From Escherichia phage 121Q: 64,000 nucleotides of DNA. Within the stretch, counting starts at the first letter, position 1. Each line of letters begins with the position of its first letter. A program made the position numbers and the translations under genes. A model generated the notes under the pieces. The model did no database searches and was not told where the DNA came from. It saw nothing but the letters and a program-made list of their open reading frames with translations. The stretch lies in the sequence record NC_025447.1. The stretch is one strand, 5' to 3'. Below, piece after piece: positions 18,000 through 27,451 of this stretch.

Positions 18000-20789
18000 A
18001 TGTTAAACAATAATATTGATAATATTGTACAACTTCTTTATGGGCATCACAAATTTATTGAAAGAAATACTGGTGATACAATAGACCCAACAGTACAACA
18101 TTATGTGGTGAACAATCAGGGTGTTTTGGCGAACAACCGTCATTTTATTAACTATTCTGCAATGGAAGGTCAACCAAACGGTGACGGAACAACAGAAGGT
18201 CAAAGTCTATTAATTTTAGGATACATTTATGCGTATCTGGCAACAAATGATCCAATGTTTTTAGATAAGGCAAAGTGGTATTGGGACGCATATCATCAGT
18301 ACTTTTATGCTGGACGTGAATTACCAGATCCACCTACACCACTACAATGTAACTGGATAGTTAATGCCAAAGAACCTATATTGGCTAACTGGCCTTTAGC
18401 TGATGATGGCTGGCCCACACATGGTGGTTTCAAGGGAGTAGAATTTACATTTACTAATGGTCAATGTAAAATACCACATGGTGCACCATATTATGGTCAG
18501 TTCTTGGATAAAGTGACATTTGCATTCAAAGGTGCGTTAGCATGGAACCAAATAAATGCTTCAGTAAAAGCATTATTACCAGATGGTAGTGTTGATTGGG
18601 ATACACCAGGTGAACAATATGATGTTGACTGGATTATCGATTTCATGGGTAGAAAAATCGACTGGGATGGTAATATTTTAGCAGAAGGTTTTGACGAATC
18701 TGAAAAAGGAACTGTTCAATTAAAGAATACAACAATTAATGGTGTATATAAATTAAATTTTGCAAATCGTCAACCAGTAGAATATGGTGGTGTGATAATT
18801 CAACGAAATGAAATGCAACACAACCGCCCTCTTCATGTTCCAATTGATTTGGAATTTGCTGATAACGCATCAGATGCAGAATTATGGTTTAGTGATGCTT
18901 CTTATTTGTTATATAAAATAACAAAAGAAAGAAAACATTATTTGGGTTGGAAATGTTCACTACTAACGTGTTATGCTTATGGTGATATTGACTCCAGAGA
19001 TAAATTTTTCAGACAAAGTACAATTGTAACCACACCATTCACTGATGGTATTTCCTATGAATATTTTTATCCTAGTGATGCTATTGCTAAGTTTGGTAGA
19101 AATTCTCTAGGATATATTACTATCAGGCAAGACCAAAGTGCACAAAGTACTATGGAACAACAAGCTATTTGGTTCAGGGTCAATGCTGATTCTAAATTAC
19201 TTGTAGACTATGGTGGTGTATGTGATGATGGTAAGCCGTTATCATTTAAACCAGTACTGGAATTGTCAAAAACAAAAAATGACCATGATGTTGTTCGTTA
19301 TCGTTGTGGCTTACCGGAAAGTAAAGACCAAAATATCACACATTCATTAACACCTTTAAGTGCATTTGTTAGAGAAAAGAAAGCAGATGGTTTCCCTTAT
19401 ATAATTGCTGATAGTAGAATTGTTGTTCCTTATGGTGCAGCTACGTCCGAAATGATATATAGTACTGATATATTAGTTACACGCCGCGATACCATTAATC
19501 AGTTAGTTTGTGGTGAAGATGATGGTGCTGTTATTGGATTTTGGCTATTAGCAACAAATAAGTCTGAAGTTAAATCTTTTACCTATCGTTCATATGAAGA
19601 TGATTACAATATAAGAATTGTAGATGATAATGGTTGGAGATGGTGGTGGATGATTCCTGCAACACACGGGGAATGGACTACAATCACACTAAGTTCCGAT
19701 ACATTACGTTTATCTGGGTATCAGCCAAATCATCCAAGTTCTGACCCAAGACCAGATGCACCAGTTTATAGTGAACTAGAAGATATTACTATTTTACCTG
19801 ATACAACCCCAGTAGATGGTGTTGCTGCAATAATTGATTGGTATTGTATTAATGACATTCCAGAATTATACACGGATGCTGACGGTGATGACTATACTAT
19901 GACATTTTCAATAACAATTGCAGGTGAATCACCATATACTGCACAGTTAGGGGATTGTGTAATCAAGGATTATTTGTTAAACTCATTGCATTACACACCA
20001 GGAACAATACCATTTTCTAACATCACTGACCCGTATGCGAACCAGTATTCAGGATGGCGTGGTTTACCGTATCCAGGTTATCAATATCCTGTGATATATT
20101 GTTTTAAAGACCAGCCAGTAGATAACACACGCTTAGGAAACATGTTAAGCTTTATGAAAGATTCCCAAACATGGTTTACTCAACAATTCGGTACTGTTGG
20201 TCCGTGTGCACAAGCATATGTTTGGAACCGCTGGGATAACTTAAAATATGGTGAACCAGATACATTTACTATGCTACATTGGGGTGATCAAGCATGGAGT
20301 GGGTATGAACCACGTGCGTTCTTTGGGGCTGCCAGAGCATGGCAAGAACTCGCAGAGAGAGGAATTGAACCACCAGCAGATCTTGTTGAATTTTGTGAGA
20401 ATTGGATTCACTTTTTAATTCAATTTCAAAAAGATAATGATGGTCGTTCACCAACAATCTTCAATAAAGATGGCACAGTTGAAGGTCCAGATTGGGACTT
20501 TACAGGTCATATGTGTGGGTTGTGGTTAGCTGGGGCTTGTGCTGCTGGATTGGCTGGATGTAAAATAGAAGGTCTAACAACACTCGCTGATAACTTAGTT
20601 CTCGAACTTCAAAAGAATTATGTTATTGTAAATCCAGGTTCACCAATGAATGGTTCATGGAGTCCAGCAGTTAGAGAAGGTACTGATAATGGTATGTTTT
20701 TTGGTTTCTGGGCAGGTGAGATTATGCGTGGATTGGGATTATACTCAATGTACCGCTTAAACACACCAAATCGTTTCCGTGATTTATAA
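18000..20789 (+). CDS. large hypothetical protein, Trp/Tyr-rich (possibly virion-associated)
   Basis: 929-aa ORF, ATGA-type coupling to upstream gene; aromatic-rich (WRWWWMIP, FFGFWAGE); function not assignable by eye. Confidence 0.55.
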   Translation: MLNNNIDNIVQLLYGHHKFIERNTGDTIDPTVQHYVVNNQGVLANNRHFINYSAMEGQPNGDGTTEGQSLLILGYIYAYLATNDPMFLDKAKWYWDAYHQYFYAGRELPDPPTPLQCNWIVNAKEPILANWPLADDGWPTHGGFKGVEFTFTNGQCKIPHGAPYYGQFLDKVTFAFKGALAWNQINASVKALLPDGSVDWDTPGEQYDVDWIIDFMGRKIDWDGNILAEGFDESEKGTVQLKNTTINGVYKLNFANRQPVEYGGVIIQRNEMQHNRPLHVPIDLEFADNASDAELWFSDASYLLYKITKERKHYLGWKCSLLTCYAYGDIDSRDKFFRQSTIVTTPFTDGISYEYFYPSDAIAKFGRNSLGYITIRQDQSAQSTMEQQAIWFRVNADSKLLVDYGGVCDDGKPLSFKPVLELSKTKNDHDVVRYRCGLPESKDQNITHSLTPLSAFVREKKADGFPYIIADSRIVVPYGAATSEMIYSTDILVTRRDTINQLVCGEDDGAVIGFWLLATNKSEVKSFTYRSYEDDYNIRIVDDNGWRWWWMIPATHGEWTTITLSSDTLRLSGYQPNHPSSDPRPDAPVYSELEDITILPDTTPVDGVAAIIDWYCINDIPELYTDADGDDYTMTFSITIAGESPYTAQLGDCVIKDYLLNSLHYTPGTIPFSNITDPYANQYSGWRGLPYPGYQYPVIYCFKDQPVDNTRLGNMLSFMKDSQTWFTQQFGTVGPCAQAYVWNRWDNLKYGEPDTFTMLHWGDQAWSGYEPRAFFGAARAWQELAERGIEPPADLVEFCENWIHFLIQFQKDNDGRSPTIFNKDGTVEGPDWDFTGHMCGLWLAGACAAGLAGCKIEGLTTLADNLVLELQKNYVIVNPGSPMNGSWSPAVREGTDNGMFFGFWAGEIMRGLGLYSMYRLNTPNRFRDL

Positions 20790-20790
20790 C

Positions 20791-20819
20791 TTGACATAGA
20801 AAAAGTAATTATGTATAAT
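20791..20819 (+). promoter_or_regulatory. sigma70-like promoter
   Basis: TTGACA - 17 nt - TATAAT, with TG immediately upstream of the -10 hexamer. Confidence 0.55.
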
Positions 20820-20820
20820 C

Positions 20821-20852
20821 AGAGAACTTCATATGGAGTTCTCTTTTTTTTA
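20821..20852 (+). terminator. terminator-like hairpin
   Basis: AGAGAACT-tcatatgg-AGTTCTCT followed by T8; placed immediately after the promoter at 20791. Confidence 0.5.
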
Positions 20853-20864
20853 TAAGGTGATAAA

Positions 20865-21284
20865 ATGTTAAATGAACGTATTAAAAATGCACTACATGTA
20901 TTGAACCAAGAAGTCAATTCTATTCATAAAAGTACTGACCGTTATAAAGTAATGCATGAAATCAAACAAGAATTGGAATCTATTAATAAGGGAGAGTGGT
21001 GGTATCTTCAGCCCGAATATCAAACTCGTGAATTAAACGATGTTGAAAAAGAAATTGTCAAATTCATCACTACTCGTTATTGTGATACATCAGAGAATGA
21101 TGTATCAGCGAACTTCAATCTTACTAAATTGGAAGTCGAAGAAAAATTCCATTTTGATTGGCTTGATTGGATTGAAATGGTAATGGAACTAGAAGAAAAA
21201 TTCAATGTTGAAGTTGATGAAAAGTTCGAGAATAATGAAACTAAGCTGTATGAACTAGTAGAACATATTCAAAAAATGTTGTAA
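20865..21284 (+). CDS. hypothetical acidic protein
   Basis: 139-aa ORF. Confidence 0.5.
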   Translation: MLNERIKNALHVLNQEVNSIHKSTDRYKVMHEIKQELESINKGEWWYLQPEYQTRELNDVEKEIVKFITTRYCDTSENDVSANFNLTKLEVEEKFHFDWLDWIEMVMELEEKFNVEVDEKFENNETKLYELVEHIQKML

Positions 21285-21337
21285 AACTATACAATTGTAT
21301 ACTCTAAATAATATCATCAACTATAGGAGATATTATT

Positions 21338-21712
21338 ATGAGTATGTTAGAAATAATTGTTTCAAAAATTCTTATTCCATTTTGGAAACCAATTTCTTTT
21401 GTATTATTAATTGGCGGTTCAGCTTATGCTGGTTGGGAAGCTAATACTTATTACAGTGGATATCAACAAAGCATAGAGCAACAAATAGCTAAAAAAGTTG
21501 ATACCGCCTTGGATAAAATGCAACAAGAAAATGCAAAAAATTACCTTGAAACTAAAAAAATCATGGAAGATAATGCTAAAGTTATTGAAACAAAGGTTCC
21601 TTTTATTGTAGAACGTGAAGTTTATAAGAATGTATGTTTAGATGAAGATGGTGTAAAAGTACTGAATGAACTAAAACAAAATTCTCAAGCAGCGAGGAAT
21701 AAATTCAAATGA
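21338..21712 (+). CDS. putative i-spanin (inner-membrane spanin subunit)
   Basis: N-terminal TM segment (ILIPFWKPISFVLLIGGSAYAGW) followed by a charged, helical periplasmic region; ATGA overlap with a downstream lipoprotein gene. Confidence 0.5.
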   Translation: MSMLEIIVSKILIPFWKPISFVLLIGGSAYAGWEANTYYSGYQQSIEQQIAKKVDTALDKMQQENAKNYLETKKIMEDNAKVIETKVPFIVEREVYKNVCLDEDGVKVLNELKQNSQAARNKFK

Positions 21713-22017
21713 AAAAATTATTAGTTCCAATGATTTCTTTTTTAATTATAAGTGGGTGTGCCGAGCAAGTAAAACTACAATCCCCCGCACCAATTAAACA
21801 AGAAATTCTGTTAGAAAGATGTGATGATGATACACCTCTACCACAAAAAATTATGATTGACAAAAATGGTTTTAAAGGTTATGATGGTGCAGAAATTCTT
21901 AAAGTACTTACTCGTTGGGATGCAGTCTACAATGAATGTGCTTTAAAACACGACGCATTGATTAAAACTATTCGTGATTTACAAGGTAAAGATATTAAAA
22001 TCAATATCAAGGAATAA
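21709..22017 (+). CDS. putative o-spanin (outer-membrane lipoprotein spanin subunit)
   Basis: MKKLLVPMISFLIISGCAEQ: signal peptide with lipobox I-S-G-C; small protein with additional Cys residues. Confidence 0.55.
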   Translation: MKKLLVPMISFLIISGCAEQVKLQSPAPIKQEILLERCDDDTPLPQKIMIDKNGFKGYDGAEILKVLTRWDAVYNECALKHDALIKTIRDLQGKDIKINIKE

Positions 22018-22018
22018 A

Positions 22019-22630
22019 ATGAACAAATATCATGTTTACTATACGACAAAATTATCACTTCTTGAAGAATTAAATCAACGAAGTACTAAGATGAAACGCT
22101 ACACTTTAAATGGTATTACTTTTCGATATTTCCCACAAAAAGTTCTTACTTTTGTTAAGAATCCAAAATGCGTGGCATGTGGGATTGAAGCTACTGAAGT
22201 ACGCATTGAACGTTCATTATGTTCTGATCCAGTATATGGTAAACCACATTTAAATGTATATGCTGTATGTGGTCTTTATGAAGTTTTAATGACAGTTGAC
22301 CATAATCATCTGGCATCTAAGGGTGGACCTGATTTAGAGTCAAACTTTAATACTATGTGCTCCAGATGTAATCAACTACGTTCGAATAAAACTGAAACAG
22401 TTGATGAGTTTCTTGAGAAAGTTAAAGGTCGTAATCTTCTCCAAGAACATATGAATAATTTCTTTAATGTACAAAAAAAGAAAAATAACATTGACAAGTC
22501 GAAACTACTAGAAGAACGTAGGTTACGTCAAGAATTATGGGAAACTGATCATCTATGGCATGTTCGAGAGTTTGGTCGTCATATGAAAGCTTTGAAAAAA
22601 GAACAGAAGAAATTGAATAAACATGATTGA
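22019..22630 (+). CDS. HNH endonuclease (free-standing homing-endonuclease-like)
   Basis: Start moved to ATG 22019 (RBS AAGGA); HNH core MTVDHNHLASKGGPDLESNFNTMCSRCNQLRSN plus N-terminal CxxC. Confidence 0.65.
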   Translation: MNKYHVYYTTKLSLLEELNQRSTKMKRYTLNGITFRYFPQKVLTFVKNPKCVACGIEATEVRIERSLCSDPVYGKPHLNVYAVCGLYEVLMTVDHNHLASKGGPDLESNFNTMCSRCNQLRSNKTETVDEFLEKVKGRNLLQEHMNNFFNVQKKKNNIDKSKLLEERRLRQELWETDHLWHVREFGRHMKALKKEQKKLNKHD

Positions 22631-22643
22631 TATGATATTATAG

Positions 22644-22671
22644 GGACTTGAGTATTCAAGTCCTTTTTTTT
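22644..22671 (+). terminator. rho-independent terminator
   Basis: GGACTTGA-gtat-TCAAGTCC followed by T8. Confidence 0.7.
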
Positions 22672-22682
22672 GGAGAAAATAA

Positions 22683-23039
22683 ATGAAATCTAAAATCTTT
22701 TTACCGCAGTTAATGTGGCATCTGGCAGAGTTAGATGAAGATGATGAATATACTGACTATGGTACATGGGATGACAGTACTGAATCATTCAATCCAGATG
22801 TTAAGTACAAAATCATTAGTAATGAAAGTAAAGGGCATAGACGATGGACAGAAGAATTTGATCTAGTTTTTCTTGACATGAACACGAACAAATATTATCA
22901 TTGTACGTATGAACGAGGTTTAACAGAAGATAGACCAGCAGAACCATTCAGAAATGAAACTGATGGTGTTAAGTGCTATGAAGTTTCTGTTACCAGAGAA
23001 GAAATTATCACTTATCGAACTTTGTGGAAATACTTGTAA
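22683..23039 (+). CDS. hypothetical acidic protein
   Basis: 118-aa ORF. Confidence 0.5.
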   Translation: MKSKIFLPQLMWHLAELDEDDEYTDYGTWDDSTESFNPDVKYKIISNESKGHRRWTEEFDLVFLDMNTNKYYHCTYERGLTEDRPAEPFRNETDGVKCYEVSVTREEIITYRTLWKYL

Positions 23040-23437
23040 TGCTAAAAGAATTAGATTTTTCAAACTTAGAAATCATCAGTGCTGTTAAAAATATCTCTGA
23101 CTTTGGAGATGAGAAGTCAGTACTGGTAACTGTTACATTCGTCAAAGAACAGGATAGCTATAGCCATTTAGATGGTATTGAAGAACTAATTCACAAGACT
23201 AATCTACAAAACGATGGTAAACTCATTAAGCTTCAGGCTTCCTATACGCAAAAATCGTCATTTTTTGTAGACCTAAATAATGTAGTCAAGGTGGTATACA
23301 ATCACCCTGAACACAAATACAGGAACACGACAAGAAACGAGAATGATGCTATAGACTCCAATATCAAAGAGGATGTCGAATTCATCAACACAATTTTTGA
23401 TCGTTGTTCCAAGGATTTGAAAAAGGTATACATGTAA
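23039..23437 (+). CDS. hypothetical protein
   Basis: Start placed at TAATG overlap (23039) rather than track start 23024. Confidence 0.45.
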   Translation: MLKELDFSNLEIISAVKNISDFGDEKSVLVTVTFVKEQDSYSHLDGIEELIHKTNLQNDGKLIKLQASYTQKSSFFVDLNNVVKVVYNHPEHKYRNTTRNENDAIDSNIKEDVEFINTIFDRCSKDLKKVYM

Positions 23438-23438
23438 C

Positions 23439-23466
23439 GGGACATAACACATCCTAGTGATATAAT
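23439..23466 (+). promoter_or_regulatory. sigma70-like extended -10 promoter (GGGACA-N16-TGA-TATAAT)
   Basis: cGGGACA ... gTGATATAAT; same architecture recurs at 34184 and 53197. Confidence 0.5.
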
Positions 23467-23744
23467 GTATATTGTAAAATGACAACGGACATTGAAAAAT
23501 GGATAATGAGAACCTACTTCTCTTGAAAATGTAAAGGATAGATGAGCTTTACCGTTGTAGCGAACAGCAAAAGAAACCTGTTAGAGTACTGGCATTCAAA
23601 CAAACACGATGTAAGACCACGAATCACGGCGACACGGCTGTATAAAGAACTCCGATAAGCATACAGAGAGTTCCTAGATAGATGTATAAGGTTCGCACCT
23701 TACCAGATTTGCTAAGGGAGTTTAAGAATAGCGGACGCAATTTT

Positions 23745-23773
23745 ACAAGAAAGTTGCGTCCAAAATTTGAGAA
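23745..23773 (+). repeat. 29-nt direct repeat, copy 1
   Basis: acaagaaagTTGCGtccaaaatttgagaa; differs at 3 positions from copy 2; overlaps hairpin GGACGCAA...TTGCGTCC. Confidence 0.6.
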
Positions 23774-23896
23774 CAGGTACTACTTTGATCGAATAGAGTT
23801 AGTACTGAGTGCTGTTGATGAAAAGACCAGCGACCGTTGCATATGACTGCGATAGAGAGAAACCGAGCAACCCGCTTTCGCTCTCTAAATTTTGGT

Positions 23897-23925
23897 ACAA
23901 GAAAGATCCGTCCAAAATTTGAGAA
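23897..23925 (+). repeat. 29-nt direct repeat, copy 2
   Basis: acaagaaagATCCGtccaaaatttgagaa; flanked by inverted repeat AAATTTTGG / CCAAAATTT. Confidence 0.6.
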
Positions 23926-23964
23926 ATTCGCAATTCGATAATATCCGATGCCATCATCGTCAAG

Positions 23965-23988
23965 AGAGACTTAATTGTCTCTTTTTTA
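23965..23988 (+). terminator. terminator-like hairpin inside the non-coding region
   Basis: AGAGAC-ttaatt-GTCTCT followed by TTTTTTATT. Confidence 0.5.
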
Positions 23989-24127
23989 TTACCTTCATTC
24001 CCCTGCGGGGGGATGTAATAGTCCTCAACAAATCCCGTCAAGTTTTTAAAGTACATTATCATTTTCAGAAGGAACTAGTTTACGAAGTAAACGCAGTGAC
24101 TTCTTGAGTTACGAGAGAACGAAGTGA

Positions 24128-24556
24128 ATGAGTAACACAACGAAAATATCCGATAAATCCGAATTAACACAAATGTTATTCAAAGAATATTTTGAGTTTC
24201 AGATAAAAGACGAACAACAATTACCACAGCAATATTTGAAAAGAATTAAAGATCCGTCAGTAATTACTAAAGAAACTAATTTTTATAATAGTATTTTGGA
24301 TTTCGTTAAATCAGTTCATACAACAAGACCTATTGTAGTTTTGTTTTTTGATAAATCTATTCCTTTAGTAGTTCCTGAAAATGTATTTTTTATTTCAGAA
24401 ACTGATTTAAATAATCAAAGTACTGTAAGTAGATTAAGAAATTGCTTACTTGTAGTATGTGATTCTTCTTTGTATAATAACAGAATACTATGGGATAGAA
24501 GTAAACGCAATGCAGTTTCGGAAATGAATCCTGAAATTACCTTTATTATTAACTAA
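24128..24556 (+). CDS. hypothetical protein
   Basis: 142-aa ORF. Confidence 0.5.
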   Translation: MSNTTKISDKSELTQMLFKEYFEFQIKDEQQLPQQYLKRIKDPSVITKETNFYNSILDFVKSVHTTRPIVVLFFDKSIPLVVPENVFFISETDLNNQSTVSRLRNCLLVVCDSSLYNNRILWDRSKRNAVSEMNPEITFIIN

Positions 24557-24588
24557 ATAATAAGAGAATAACTCTAAGGAGAGATATT

Positions 24589-25029
24589 ATGGAAGATATT
24601 AATGATTTACGACACGTAATGGACTTTATCGGAAGTACTGAAGAAGATAATTCATATGATGAAGTACTATTAACTTTTATTGAAAATAGTTTGTTTTTAA
24701 GTTCTGCTGCACATAACTGGCACTTACAATGTCATTTTTATACAAAGCATTTACAATTAGATGAACTATATAAAGAATTACCAGAATATGTAGACGCATT
24801 TGTTGAAGGTATCATGAATAATCGTGGTGCTTTGCAAGTTGGGACTGGTAATAGTTATCGTTTTACACCAATTGAAGATTGTGTACCAATTCTTGAAGAA
24901 TATGTTGAGCAATGCAGAGCAATTCATGATATGCTTGAAGAATCGGGTGATTACGGCAGTGTAAACACATTAGAAGATATTATGAGTTTTGTTGAAGGAA
25001 CACTTTACAAACTTAAAGTTTTACAATAA
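24589..25029 (+). CDS. hypothetical acidic protein
   Basis: 146-aa ORF with AAGGAG RBS. Confidence 0.5.
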   Translation: MEDINDLRHVMDFIGSTEEDNSYDEVLLTFIENSLFLSSAAHNWHLQCHFYTKHLQLDELYKELPEYVDAFVEGIMNNRGALQVGTGNSYRFTPIEDCVPILEEYVEQCRAIHDMLEESGDYGSVNTLEDIMSFVEGTLYKLKVLQ

Positions 25030-25036
25030 ACTATAT

Positions 25037-25066
25037 GGAGAGTCGCTATGACTCTCCTTTTCTTTT
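25037..25066 (+). terminator. rho-independent terminator
   Basis: GGAGAGTC-gctat-GACTCTCC followed by TTTTCTTTT. Confidence 0.65.
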
Positions 25067-25077
25067 GGAGAAATAAT

Positions 25078-25710
25078 ATGAAATCGCATGAGTTAGCAAA
25101 ATTACTACTATCTCAACCAAATCTAGAAATTTATCATTATGATGCAGAGAGTGACTTGCATTATCAGAATTTTGATAATAAATTAATGGTTACACCATCT
25201 GGTATTTTCACAACGGTAAAACCTACATCAGTTTCTGAAAATGTACTTACACCATACGAAACCCCCCTCTTGGGTCATGTGCAAATTTTCTTTAAGGATG
25301 GTACTATTACTCCAAAATTGGAGGGTTCACATATTCAAACTGTTCTTAGCTTAGAATATGGGTTGGTATTTAACATTCCTTATGAAAAGCCAATTGTTTT
25401 ATTAGGTAAAAATCAATCAACACAATTCTCTAATCAACATACTGTTTGTTATACATCTGATGATATTGATTTCATTTCAGTACTGACAGAATATGATCCT
25501 AATACTTGGCACGAAACATGGAAAACTATGTCATATGATGAAGCAATTGAATGTGGTAAAAATTTAGCCAAAATGTTATTTTCACCGAAAAAAGAACTTT
25601 CACAAGAACAAAATGAATCATTTTCTAAAGATTTTCCTGATTCTGAATTCAATGTTAAAGTATCAACTACCAAAATTGGTGAATTTCTAAATGAAAATCA
25701 AAAAGATTAA
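25078..25710 (+). CDS. hypothetical protein, paralog of 26080..26664
   Basis: Start moved from 25048 (inside the terminator hairpin) to ATG 25078; N-terminus MKSHELAKLLLSQPNLEIYHYD parallels MKAKDLAALLMQNPEMEVYHEH. Confidence 0.55.
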   Translation: MKSHELAKLLLSQPNLEIYHYDAESDLHYQNFDNKLMVTPSGIFTTVKPTSVSENVLTPYETPLLGHVQIFFKDGTITPKLEGSHIQTVLSLEYGLVFNIPYEKPIVLLGKNQSTQFSNQHTVCYTSDDIDFISVLTEYDPNTWHETWKTMSYDEAIECGKNLAKMLFSPKKELSQEQNESFSKDFPDSEFNVKVSTTKIGEFLNENQKD

Positions 25711-26083
25711 ATTCCACCAGCATTGTTCTATACATGTCTGTGATGATTGTGGTATACAAATGAGTGATATTTATACAGTTTCCTGTAAAGGTTTCAAATT
25801 CACTCATGGTGAACCTGCTTACTGTTATGGTACAGAAGAAGGTGATATCGAGATAGTACTGAAAGAATTGTTCCAGTACTTGCAAAGTGTCGGTCATGAT
25901 GTTACAATACCCACATATTATGAAGATGATTATGATGCACATGTAGAAGAAAATACATATTATAATCAATTCGTTTATGGTAATGGTTTTATCACATACC
26001 TACATGAGAATGGTATTGAGGTAAAAACTAAGTACACCAGTGATGATTATGATGATGATAATTCTATGGAGATTGAAGATTGA
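25691..26083 (+). CDS. hypothetical acidic protein
   Basis: 130-aa ORF between the two paralogs; overlaps both neighbours. Confidence 0.45.
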   Translation: MKIKKIKFHQHCSIHVCDDCGIQMSDIYTVSCKGFKFTHGEPAYCYGTEEGDIEIVLKELFQYLQSVGHDVTIPTYYEDDYDAHVEENTYYNQFVYGNGFITYLHENGIEVKTKYTSDDYDDDNSMEIED

Positions 26084-26664
26084 AAGCAAAAGACTTGGCA
26101 GCACTGTTGATGCAGAATCCTGAAATGGAAGTGTATCATGAGCACATGCACATTGATGACATGTGTGACGCTTACTATTCACCAGAAAATGTGTCTGGTA
26201 TTGAAATCACCCCTAGTGGAGTATTCATCAGTACTGAACGTATTGATTTGAATTCCCAGCAAGAAATCAAAACTCCACATAATAAACCTCGCATTGGTGC
26301 TATTGACCTAGTATTTCATCAGGACCGTTTGGTGGAATATGATGAAGACGATGGTACTACCCAAACTGATGTTGAGAATGTTGTTTTTCGTTTTTATAAT
26401 GCATACGAAGACCCAACTACTGGAGAAGATTTCTTCCGTGAGCTATTAGAGGATGGGGAAGTTTATGGTCAGGATGGTACGGTTTTTGTACTAGACCCTA
26501 ACTATGAGCCAGATCACAATACATGGCAATTCTATACACCAGAAGATGTAATGGAAGTTAAAGTACTTATGGATATTGACGATAAATGGAATCCTATGTA
26601 TACTTCAATGACATATGAAGAAGCCAAAGAATACTTCGTTTCTAAACTAAACATTACAAAATAA
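26080..26664 (+). CDS. hypothetical protein, paralog of 25078..25710
   Basis: Shared N-terminal block and ITPSGVF/VTPSGIF motif. Confidence 0.55.
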   Translation: MKAKDLAALLMQNPEMEVYHEHMHIDDMCDAYYSPENVSGIEITPSGVFISTERIDLNSQQEIKTPHNKPRIGAIDLVFHQDRLVEYDEDDGTTQTDVENVVFRFYNAYEDPTTGEDFFRELLEDGEVYGQDGTVFVLDPNYEPDHNTWQFYTPEDVMEVKVLMDIDDKWNPMYTSMTYEEAKEYFVSKLNITK

Positions 26665-26681
26665 TAAGGATTCACAAATTT

Positions 26682-26963
26682 ATGAAAATTGTTGCAAGTG
26701 CATGGATGAAACTACCAGATGGTACAACTGCTTTTGAAGAATATGGCTTTGTTGAAAGTGTAGATGAATTAAAGCGTTTCAAAAGTGAAAATGATGATGA
26801 TGTGTTTGATATTGTATTTGTATATCATCATATTCCTAATGATACTGATTATGAACATTATTATTATCATCCTGATTTGTTGGAAACACTTGTATGCGAC
26901 AACTATCATGAAATTGATGAAAATACAGCTTTACTAATGTTGAGTACCGTATCTCCGGTATAA
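26682..26963 (+). CDS. hypothetical acidic protein
   Basis: 93-aa ORF. Confidence 0.45.
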   Translation: MKIVASAWMKLPDGTTAFEEYGFVESVDELKRFKSENDDDVFDIVFVYHHIPNDTDYEHYYYHPDLLETLVCDNYHEIDENTALLMLSTVSPV

Positions 26964-26971
26964 GGAGTAAT

Positions 26972-27451
26972 ATGTATAATCTTATAATTATCCGCGAACC
27001 ATATGAATCTGACAACAGTTCAACTGATGGTGAGGTTTTAGTATATCAAAGTTATGAACAAAGTGGCATTGAACATGAATTAAAAGATTATTTACGTCAA
27101 CATATATATCTATATCGTTCAAAACCACATGAACAGTATGGCGATATAATGTTTATCGTAACTCATAATGGTGCAGTAATTGAACATGTAAATATGACAA
27201 ATAACATGTATTTTCATAATTACACTGACACGTCTAAAGAATTAGGAAACGATTTCAATGCTGTTTACAATGCATTGCGTATCAATTTTTTTAAAAATGA
27301 CAAATTCTGTACTGATATTAGATTAGAAGAAGCAAATACAAAAAAGAAACTTTCTCGAAAATACGAGAGTGATAGAAAAAAAGAACAAGAGATTCAGCGT
27401 TTACACGAATTGATGAAAAAATACCCTAATGAGGTACAACATGGCTCTTAG
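26972..27451 (+). CDS. hypothetical protein
   Basis: 159-aa ORF with AGGAG RBS. Confidence 0.5.
   Translation: MYNLIIIREPYESDNSSTDGEVLVYQSYEQSGIEHELKDYLRQHIYLYRSKPHEQYGDIMFIVTHNGAVIEHVNMTNNMYFHNYTDTSKELGNDFNAVYNALRINFFKNDKFCTDIRLEEANTKKKLSRKYESDRKKEQEIQRLHELMKKYPNEVQHGS

Noticed and set aside
23745-23925. CRISPR-like array
   Set aside because: Only two imperfect 29-nt repeats with a ~123-nt spacer; no array periodicity and no cas genes.
23799-24107. Overlapping ORFs 23799..24062 (-) and 23892..24107 (+) in the non-coding region
   Set aside because: Mutually overlapping on opposite strands, no RBS, lying across hairpins and direct repeats in a GC-richer segment; more consistent with structured RNA or regulatory DNA than with coding sequence.
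23439-24127. tRNA genes in the non-coding region (expected by analogy with T4 and because a CCA-adding enzyme is encoded)
   Set aside because: No GGTTCGAATCC-type T-loop, D-loop or 7-bp acceptor pairing could be found by eye on either strand; a tRNAscan-SE run would be decisive.
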